Source: an uncultured bacterium (GTDB lineage Bacteria; Auribacterota; Erginobacteria; Erginobacterales; Erginobacteraceae). From it: a DNA stretch of 64,000 nt. The stretch spans positions 192,001 to 256,000 of the forward strand of contig CAWGIE010000031.1 of the NCBI GenBank assembly GCA_963822585.1, written 5' to 3'. The notes beneath the pieces were generated by a model. It worked only from the letters and a program-made list of their open reading frames with translations. It was not told the DNA's origin and searched no databases. How positions within the stretch are numbered: position 1 is the first letter of the stretch; every line of letters starts with the position of its first letter. Of the stretch, positions 22,338-30,312 are shown in pieces. Position numbers and translations under genes: made by a program.

Positions 22338-24047
22338 ATGAAGCCCGGCAAATACAATTCAGTTATCCTCGTCCTGGTGCTGGCACTCGGCATCCTCTCC
22401 TCGCCGCGGGCGGGCAGGGCGGGAAACCTTTATCGTCCCTTCATCGTCTGTGCCCGCGCCCCCCTTCTCACAGAACGGGGCGAACTCCTGTCAGGCACGA
22501 ACCCGGCTCGTGCGAACTGGGACGGCCAGTACGGCGCCCTGATCCAGGTCATTCTGGTCGGCCCCGACGGCGCGATCTCTCCCCCCGACAGTGCCGGGAA
22601 TCCGGCCGGCGACGACACCATCCTGGCCGTCACCTCCATCGGCGTCGGAGAACCGCACAGCTGGGAACTCTCCGGCCGGTTCTGTTTCCTCCTGGGCCGT
22701 CCCCCCGATGAAAACATCTACGCCCGGGTTTTCAACAGATCGACGCTGGAAGACTCTTTCTTCTACGGAGAGTCAACCATCTTTACCGCGGATCGGTCAA
22801 CGGACGAGAATTTCGCCGTTAACGAGGCCGCGCTTCTCTCCACCGACCGGCCTCTCGACGACGGGGACGATGACGGTGACGGGGCCAACAACTCCTGGGA
22901 GAAGTCCCTTCAGACCGACAAGGATGATTACGATCACGACGGCGACGGCCTCCTCGACGGAGAGGAACTGCTGGGTCACACCCTCCCCGTCAACCGCCAG
23001 AACCTGGGACTGCCGGCGGTAGGCGAGATCACCTTCAATGTCGCCGACCCCGGTATCCCGGTCACCAATCCGAAGTCGATCGATACCGACGGCGATACCT
23101 ACAGCGATTACGTCGAGGTGGTGGAACTGGGCAGCGACCCGACCGACCCGAACAGTCCCGCGTTCCCCAGTCCGATACCGACAGCGACGCCGAGAGTTCC
23201 CACCCCGATACCGCCCACCACGCCAACTCCGGCGCCGACCGTTGTCATCCCGACACCGACCTCTGGAATTCCCACCCCTACCCCGTCGCCGCGGCCGACC
23301 GCCTTCTACCAGGTGATGGGTGGCAACGACTTTAACGGGGATGGGACCGCCGATATCGCCATCTTCCGGAACAGCCTCTGGGCGGTCCGCGGTCTGACCC
23401 GGGTCTATTACGGCAACCCCTCGGGCGACCTCCCCGTCCCCGGCGATTATGACGGCGACGGCACCGCCGACATTGCCGTTTTCCGGCCGGCGGCCGGTCT
23501 CTGGGTAATCCGGGGCGGCGACCGGGTCTATTTCGGCATTCCGGGCGACCGGGCCGTCCCCGGCGACTACGACGGTGACGGCGCCACCGATATCGCCGTC
23601 TTCCGTCCCGCCAGCGGCCTCTGGGCGGTCCGCGGCCTGGATCGGATCTATTACGGCGGTGCCGCCGACGCGCCGGTCCCGGACGATTATGACGGCAATG
23701 GCCTGGTCGACCGGGCGATATTCCGGCCGGCGACCGGTCTCTGGGCAGTCCGGGCCGTGACCCGGATTTACTTCGGCCGCGACGGAGATAACGCCGTCTC
23801 GGGCGATTTCAACGGGGACGGGACTGCCGGGATCGGCATTTTCCGCCAGGACAACGGCCTCTGGGCCTTCCGCGGGGTCACCCGGGCTTATTTCGGGCGT
23901 GATCTTGATCAGCCGGTCTCGGCCGACTACGGCGGATTCGGTATGGCTGAGATCGGGATCTTCCGCCCCTCTTCCGGTTTCTGGGCCATCCGCGACATCA
24001 CCCGCTGCTACTTTGGGGGGACCGGTGATATTCCCCTCTCCCGATAA
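22338..24047 (+). CDS. Secreted protein: N-domain paralogous to the PEP-CTERM protein, DxDxDG Ca-binding repeats, Pro/Thr linker, FG-GAP/VCBS-like repeat tail
   Basis: Signal peptide from ATG 22338; DDDGDG, DHDGDG, DTDGD repeats; six (G)D(Y/F)xGDGxxDIA(I/V)FRP..GLWAVRG..R.YFG-type units. Confidence 0.88.
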   Translation: MKPGKYNSVILVLVLALGILSSPRAGRAGNLYRPFIVCARAPLLTERGELLSGTNPARANWDGQYGALIQVILVGPDGAISPPDSAGNPAGDDTILAVTSIGVGEPHSWELSGRFCFLLGRPPDENIYARVFNRSTLEDSFFYGESTIFTADRSTDENFAVNEAALLSTDRPLDDGDDDGDGANNSWEKSLQTDKDDYDHDGDGLLDGEELLGHTLPVNRQNLGLPAVGEITFNVADPGIPVTNPKSIDTDGDTYSDYVEVVELGSDPTDPNSPAFPSPIPTATPRVPTPIPPTTPTPAPTVVIPTPTSGIPTPTPSPRPTAFYQVMGGNDFNGDGTADIAIFRNSLWAVRGLTRVYYGNPSGDLPVPGDYDGDGTADIAVFRPAAGLWVIRGGDRVYFGIPGDRAVPGDYDGDGATDIAVFRPASGLWAVRGLDRIYYGGAADAPVPDDYDGNGLVDRAIFRPATGLWAVRAVTRIYFGRDGDNAVSGDFNGDGTAGIGIFRQDNGLWAFRGVTRAYFGRDLDQPVSADYGGFGMAEIGIFRPSSGFWAIRDITRCYFGGTGDIPLSR

Positions 24048-24221
24048 TCGGTAATCAGTAACCGGTGATCGGTAAGCGGTAGCCGCCATGAAAGCTTTGG
24101 GGGGACCCCCTAAAGTTAGCGCCAAGCGCTCATTCGATCGCTATGAATTGATTCAACCACGGCGTAAGACTGTGGCTCATCTACTGATTACCGATAACTG
24201 ATTACTGATTACTGATTACTG
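24043..24221. repeat. Inverted arrays of 7-bp (A/G)GT(A/G)ATC tandem repeats
   Basis: gataatc ggtaatc agtaacc ggtgatc... on the left; actgatt accgata actgatt actgatt... on the right. Confidence 0.8.
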
Positions 24222-24232
24222 CGAAGAGTATT

Positions 24233-26635
24233 ATGAAGATATTTACCACAGTGCTTGTTGCATTCATGCTGATAACCGTCCTCCCCCCCACCGCCCCGGC
24301 CCAGCCATTCTGGACCAATTTCTCTTACACCGACTGGTCTCCCGGCACCGATGCCGCCATCGCCGGCGTTCGGGCATTCGACTCCGCCACCGTCTGGGAT
24401 GGAGACCGCTTCGTCACCTTCTTCCAGGGGACTGACGGCGAACCATATCTGATCGCCTCTTCCAGCGACGGGCAAACCTGGTCCTACCTCAACGGCCAGA
24501 ACCCGATCACTGTCTCCAACCTCTTCTCCTACGGGATGGGGAACCACACCGTGGCCTGCGATCCCGACGGCTTCCCTTCCGGCGAGATCGTCTGGACCGC
24601 CCAGGCCGGGAACGTGAGATACAAGATGTGGTACGCCGACACCTCCACCGGCGAACAACTCCAATACGCCGAATCAACCGGAGGGATCGACTGGCAGGCC
24701 TTTACCGAGGACGATTACTGCCCTCCTACTGACAAAACCGATACCAACCGGTTCATGACCAGACCTTCGGTTCTCTACCGCCCCAACGGGAATACCGATC
24801 TCTCGACCGACCACCCGATGGACAACCGCTACCTGATGTACGTAAACAGCGCCGCGGACCTCGATCCCTATTACTTTGAACTCTACATCTCCAGCGACGG
24901 CCTTGACTGGACTCTGTACGCCTCCGACTGGCGCTGCCAGTCACGATCCCCCGGACAGTCGTTTTACAAAACCGTCACCTTCTCGGCCTACACCGGTGAG
25001 CCGGATTATCTCGACGACTTTGAGGAAGTTTATTACGACGGTGTCCGGGAGGGGTGGATGCTCTGGACCCATAACGGCAACACCGGCCCGATCGCCTCCT
25101 GGTATTCGACGGACGGTTATGACTGGGTTTTTAGGGAAGAGCCGATCAACGGGATCGGGGAGATGAACGCGCAAAGCGGATACTGGAATCAAGAGGCCAA
25201 CTATGACCTCGATTCCGTCCGTCTCGGAACCAGCTACTTCTTCCTCCGTTCCGGCCTGACCAGCGATCCAGCGGAGAAATACCAGCTGGGGGCGGGTATT
25301 ATCAAGGGCACATTGTCTGCAGAAGTAGATGAACTCCCATCCCGTGTCTGGGGCACCACACTTATAAGCTACCGACTCTTTTCCTGGAACAATCAGATTT
25401 CCCCTCAAATTGAAACATTTATGTTTATCTATGCCTTCCCGGCTGGTGACGCTACCCAGGGGACTGGCGGAGATGGGAAAATCAATCTATCCGCAGGTAT
25501 CGGCGGGATTGAGCATACCTTCGCCTGGAATTGCTCGGCTGATTTTCCGGGGGGTGGTGTAAATAATTTGTTTTTCCGCCTGATTCCTTTAATTAGCACT
25601 GCTCCTTATAAAGAGGGTGAATATGACAATATCGGCCCAATGTATATAAATCCCGCTAGCCCGTCCCCTACACAGTCGCCCACCCCCAGCGCGACGCCCA
25701 CCCCGCCGGGATTCAAAACCCCCTCTCCGGTCCCCACCGCGTCCCCGACACCAACCGCGAAACCCAGCGCGACACCGACCCCGAAACCAACCGCCACCGC
25801 AAAACCCACTGCGACCGCGAAACCCACCGCGACCGCGAAACCGACCGCCAGCCGCACCCCTCACCGGACCCCGACCCCGGTGCCGCCGACCGGCGCGCCG
25901 CCCTGGATCCTCGACTATGACGGCGACGGCACCTCCGACCTCGGCATCTACCGTCCCACGATCGGGGTCTGGGCGATCCGAGGCGTCACCCGGGTTTACT
26001 TCGGGGGGGCCACCGACGTCACCGTCCCCGGAGATTACGACGGCGACCGGACCACCGATATCGGCATCTTCCGGCCCTCGGCCGGGCTCTGGGCCCTGCG
26101 TAAAGTCAGCCGGATTTATTTCGGGAGCTCGGGCGACCGGACCGTACCGGGCGATTACGACGGCAGCGGCACCTGGGCGGTCGGCATCTATCGTCCCACG
26201 ATCGGGGTCTGGGCGATCCGGGGCGTCACCCGGGCTTACTTCGGGGGGGCTTCCGACATTCCGGTCTCCGGTTATTACGCCGGCAGCCTCTCGCGAAAAA
26301 TCGGCATTTATCGACCCTCCAGCGGGGTCTGGGCTATCCGCGGTGTCACCCGGATCTACTTCGGCAGTTCCTCCGATCGAATGGTCCCCGGTGATTATGA
26401 TGGAAGCGGCACCTGGGCGGTCGGCATCTATCGTCCCGCCAGCGGGGTCTGGGCCATCCGGGGCGTCACCCGGGCATATTTCGGCGCGGTTGCCGACCAG
26501 CCCATTCCCGGTGATTACGCGGGCACGGGGGTAGATAGAATCGGCATCTATCGCTCCGCCGCCGGCCTCTGGGCCATCCGCGGCGTCACCCGGGTCTACT
26601 TCGGCGCCGCGGGAGACATCCCGGTCTCCCGATAA
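24233..26635 (+). CDS. Secreted protein: GH32/GH43-like beta-propeller N-domain, Ig-like domain, Pro/Thr/Lys linker, FG-GAP/VCBS-like tail
   Basis: Signal peptide; S(S/T)DG..W Asp-box-like repeats, YKMWY, RPSVLY, RYLMY; PTATAK repeats; six DYDG repeats ending GDIPVSR. Confidence 0.85.
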   Translation: MKIFTTVLVAFMLITVLPPTAPAQPFWTNFSYTDWSPGTDAAIAGVRAFDSATVWDGDRFVTFFQGTDGEPYLIASSSDGQTWSYLNGQNPITVSNLFSYGMGNHTVACDPDGFPSGEIVWTAQAGNVRYKMWYADTSTGEQLQYAESTGGIDWQAFTEDDYCPPTDKTDTNRFMTRPSVLYRPNGNTDLSTDHPMDNRYLMYVNSAADLDPYYFELYISSDGLDWTLYASDWRCQSRSPGQSFYKTVTFSAYTGEPDYLDDFEEVYYDGVREGWMLWTHNGNTGPIASWYSTDGYDWVFREEPINGIGEMNAQSGYWNQEANYDLDSVRLGTSYFFLRSGLTSDPAEKYQLGAGIIKGTLSAEVDELPSRVWGTTLISYRLFSWNNQISPQIETFMFIYAFPAGDATQGTGGDGKINLSAGIGGIEHTFAWNCSADFPGGGVNNLFFRLIPLISTAPYKEGEYDNIGPMYINPASPSPTQSPTPSATPTPPGFKTPSPVPTASPTPTAKPSATPTPKPTATAKPTATAKPTATAKPTASRTPHRTPTPVPPTGAPPWILDYDGDGTSDLGIYRPTIGVWAIRGVTRVYFGGATDVTVPGDYDGDRTTDIGIFRPSAGLWALRKVSRIYFGSSGDRTVPGDYDGSGTWAVGIYRPTIGVWAIRGVTRAYFGGASDIPVSGYYAGSLSRKIGIYRPSSGVWAIRGVTRIYFGSSSDRMVPGDYDGSGTWAVGIYRPASGVWAIRGVTRAYFGAVADQPIPGDYAGTGVDRIGIYRSAAGLWAIRGVTRVYFGAAGDIPVSR

Positions 26636-26710
26636 CCCCCGGCCCCTCACTCTTCAGTCCTCCTCGTACACAGATTTTTACCCAGCGATAATCGAAGGTC
26701 ATTTTGTGGG

Positions 26711-26847
26711 TCGGATTTCGCTCCGCCCGCCGCCGGGCCAAAGCTTTAATCGGGATGCAATCGGGGTCATTCGGATTTCGTCATTCGGATTTCGCTCCGC
26801 CCCGCCGCCGTCCCGAAGCTTTAATCGGGATACAATCGGGGGCATTC
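26711..26847 (+). repeat. Two degenerate tandem ~65-75 bp units; related sequence at 22201-22250
   Basis: tcggatttcgctccgccc(c)gccgccg...aagctttaatcgggat(g/a)caatcgggg occurs twice. Confidence 0.7.
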
Positions 26848-26901
26848 ATCCCCTCTTTTTCTCCGTGAACTTCGTGTCCTTGGTGGTTTATAATACCTTG
26901 G

Positions 26902-29138
26902 ATGAAGAAACCCATCAGCACAGACCTTCTCTTCTCTCTCCTCCTCATCGCCGGGGCGCTCCTCCTCTATTCCTCGTCCCTTAATAATGAGTTCGTCTTT
27001 GATGATGAAGTTGTTATCGTGGCCAGCCGGTATATCCTATCTCCGGACAACCTTCCCGATTTCTTCCTCCGGCCGACATACTCCTTCTACCGTCCTCTCC
27101 GCTCCCTTTCTTATCTCTTTGACTATCGTTACTGGGATCTTAATCCATTCGGTTTTCACATCACCAATATCCTTCTCCACGGACTCTGCTGTTTTGCGTT
27201 TTATTTCCTCCTGAAAAGCTATCGGATCCGGCTGCCGGTCAGGGAGGCGGCGGCGCTTATCTTTCTGGCTCATCCGGTCAACACCGAGGCGGTCGTCTAT
27301 CTCAGCTCCCGCGCCGAGCTGCTGGGGACTCTCTGCGCTCTTCTCTTTTTTCTGGCCGCCGCGCGCTATGCTTCTTCCGGACGGGTCTGGACGGCCCTTC
27401 TCGCTTTTTTCTTTTTGGCCGCCGCGCTCCTATCGAAGGAGAGCTTCGCGGTTCTTCCCCTCCTCCTTCTCCTCTTCCGCCCCGGGCGCGGGCGATCCGC
27501 CGAGGCCATACCGGATAATATCCGCCTCCATCTGAGAATCACTCTCGGGGCTCTTTTCATCGTCGGAATCTTTTTGTTCTTCCGCTTCTTTCTTCTCCCG
27601 GCCCCCACCACTCTCGGGCAGTTCAGCCGTCTCCTTACCTATCCCCAGATCTTGATCAAAATGCCCGGGGTCCTGATCACTTACCTCCGCCTCCTGATCG
27701 TCCCCGTCAACCTCTCCCCTCATCACCCCCTGGCGGTGGAGCCGCTCCTTGCCCCCCCGGCGTTCCTTCTCCAGGTCATGGCGCTGATCGGAGTGATCCT
27801 CCTGGTATTCAGCCGCCGGAAAATGTCGCCGGTCATTTTTCGGTCCGGCCTCTGGATTTTGATCACGTTGATCCCGGTCTCCAATATCTACCCATTGCCC
27901 AGACTGCTGGCCGAGAAATACCTTTATCTCCCTTCGCTCGGCTTTTCTCTTCTTCTCGCTCAACTCTGCTGCGGAGGGCGCCCCCGTTTCCGCAAAAGCG
28001 TCTGTTCTCTCGTCTGGCTGATCGCCGCCATCTTTGTCCTGCTGACCCTTCTTCGCCAGCCCGTCTGGCGATCAAACTACGCCCTCTGGGAGAAAACCTC
28101 CCGTGACCGCCCCCGCTCCCCGCTCACCCTCTACAACCGGGGGATGGCCCGGATCCGGTTCGGCCGGGTGGAAGAAGGGTTGGCTGATCTCCGGGCCGCG
28201 GAGGTCATCCTCCCCGGCCAACCGGTTATCCGGGAGCGGATCGCGGACTGCCTGGGTCTGCTCGGACGCTACCAGGAATCTCTTGAATTGTATCAGGAAC
28301 TCCTCCGGGATTCTCCCGATTCACCCGCTCTCCTCTTGAAAATCGGCTTCTCTTACGAGGGCAGCGGGTACCCCCGTCTGGCGGAGCATTACTACGACGA
28401 AGCTCTCGCTCTGGCCGCCCGCGCGGACCCTTCCCGGACCTACCAATTCCGTTCCAGCTACCTGGAACTGGCCCGCCTCCGGGAAGCCGGAGGCGATTAT
28501 TCCCGGGCGGTCCGCCTGCTCGAAGACCTCCTCTCCCTCACCCCCGATGATCCGGCGGTTCATTACCGGCTCGGCCTTCTTTATGAGAAAGAAGGCAGAT
28601 TCGATGATGCCCTCGAACAATACAGCCGGGCCCTGGAAAACGGCCCCGCGTCTTCCGAGCTCCTTTATCGAGAGGGGCGGGCTTATCAGGGGGGGAGCGG
28701 TTCAAGGAAGCCATGCAGTCCTATCGCCGGGCTCTGCAGCTCGACCCCGACTTCGCCCCCGCCTACTTCGACCTGGGGAGTCTCTTGGCCGCTTATGAAG
28801 AATATGGTCTGGCGGCAAAATTCTTTCAGGCCGGGTTGAAGCGCCGGCCGGATGATTACCGGGCCCGGACCAACCTCGGCAGTATCTATCAATTTCAGGG
28901 GAAATACCCCGAGGCCATCGCCGAGTACGAGCGGTCTCTGCAGCTGGAGAATAGTTATAAGGCCCGCTATAATCTGGGGTTTCTCTACCTGAATAAATTA
29001 CACGACCAAACATCCGCCCGGCCCCACCTGGAGGAGGCTCTCCGCCTGGCTGATGATCCCGTCCAGATCGAAAAAATCAAAGCCGCCCTCGAGAGTATTT
29101 TCGGGAAAGAAACCCCATCTGATATATCTAATCATTGA
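26902..29138 (+). CDS. TMTC-like GT-C protein O-glycosyltransferase with C-terminal TPRs; frameshift in G7 tract at 28689-28695
   Basis: NEFVFDDE, YRPLR, FHITNILLH, HPVNTEAV.Y.S.R.ELL, SKES, AEKYLYLPS motifs. TPRs continue in ORF 28713-29138; G8 would fuse the two frames. Confidence 0.85.
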
Positions 29139-29241
29139 TCGATGCAGCAAAGCTGCTACCTGCGTAAAAATCCACTTGTCATACCTTGCAAAACACAAAC
29201 CCCTAAACCATCATAAACCCCACAAACCCCACAAACCGACT

Positions 29242-29273
29242 TGACATTTTCATTTGATCAAATGAAAATGTCA
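29242..29273. promoter_or_regulatory. Perfect 32-bp palindrome overlapping a TTGACA box; candidate operator
   Basis: TGACATTTTCATTTGA|TCAAATGAAAATGTCA; TTGACA at 29241-29246; ends 15 bp before ATG 29289. Confidence 0.6.
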
Positions 29274-29288
29274 GGTACGGAGTTTATT

Positions 29289-30080
29289 ATGCCCTCTTTA
29301 TGCGAAGAAATATTATGCACTCTCTATGACGGCATGGCGGAAATGCTTACCCCTGCCGCCAATTTTTCCATCGGGTGTGCTTTTAAACCAAGCAGTTTTT
29401 ATAAAACCGTTGACCGATTAGGGAAAGACGGCTACCTGAAGAAACAGCGGAAAGAACGGAGAATTTTCCTCACGCTCACTGACAAAGGGAAGAAAACAAT
29501 CCGGGAGCATCGGAAAGCGGGCCGGCGGTTTCGGCCGCGTTGGGATGGGAAATGGCGTCTGGTTATTTTTGACATACCCGAGAAAAAGAGCAGGACGCGG
29601 GATTATCTCAGAAACTTCCTTAAAACCCTTGGCTATGGCAAGGTTCAGCGCAGCATCTGGATATCTCCTTATAATTTTGAGAAGTTAGTCTCCCGTTTTA
29701 TCGACAAATTGGATATTTCCGGATGCTGTTACCAGTTAACCGTGGAGCAATTCCGGGAAATGTCTGGCGTTGAACTGGCACGCAGAGCGTGGCCCATTGA
29801 TGAGATACAGGCGGCCTATCGGCAGTTCTACGATGGGTATTCATCCCGACTCAATCAACTGGAAGAACTGACGAAAAATCCGGACGTTGAAGCTCGGATT
29901 CTCTGGAAGAGGTTCATGAGTACTCTGGACTGGGATTATCGCTCGATAGCGGCGCTGGATCCGCATCTCCCAGCCGAGCTTCTTCCCGCTGACTGGCCTG
30001 GAAAAGCAGCGATGGATTTTATCCGACTTATTAAAAATATGGCCGCCAAACGGATTGAACCTAAATGCTTTCAGCCATAA
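29289..30080 (+). CDS. PaaX-family transcriptional regulator (wHTH + Cas2-like ferredoxin fold + PaaX_C)
   Basis: RL.K.GYL...LT.KG, WDGKWRLVIFDIPE, LGYGKVQRSIWISP, DPHLPAELLPADWPG. GGAG RBS before ATG 29289. Visibly more AT-rich than its neighbours. Confidence 0.88.
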   Translation: MPSLCEEILCTLYDGMAEMLTPAANFSIGCAFKPSSFYKTVDRLGKDGYLKKQRKERRIFLTLTDKGKKTIREHRKAGRRFRPRWDGKWRLVIFDIPEKKSRTRDYLRNFLKTLGYGKVQRSIWISPYNFEKLVSRFIDKLDISGCCYQLTVEQFREMSGVELARRAWPIDEIQAAYRQFYDGYSSRLNQLEELTKNPDVEARILWKRFMSTLDWDYRSIAALDPHLPAELLPADWPGKAAMDFIRLIKNMAAKRIEPKCFQP

Positions 30081-30103
30081 AATGACGCTTTGCCATTTTG
30101 ATG

Positions 30104-30141
30104 ACCTGACATATTCGTTTGATCAAATGAATATGTCAGGT
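30104..30141. promoter_or_regulatory. Second copy of the palindrome (38 bp, 1 mismatch), upstream of the DUF2298 gene
   Basis: ACCTGACATATTCGTTTGA|TCAAATGAATATGTCAGGT. Confidence 0.6.
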
Positions 30142-30312
30142 GCACGCACTCAAAAACAGAGAACTTCAGAGAACTGCTTTGGGCCCTATTGACCAATAAG
30201 CGTAAGGCTTCTAGTCATGCAATATTTTTCCTGTTAATATGATCTATTTATTATTATATTTAATTCGGGTTATGAATAAATTGAAGTTATAGATATAGCT
30301 CAAAATTAATCC

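Noticed and set aside
29540..29680. Cas2-like motif (VIFDIPE...GKVQRSIW)
   Set aside because: It is the central domain of a PaaX-family regulator, with wHTH before and PaaX_C after; no cas genes or array nearby
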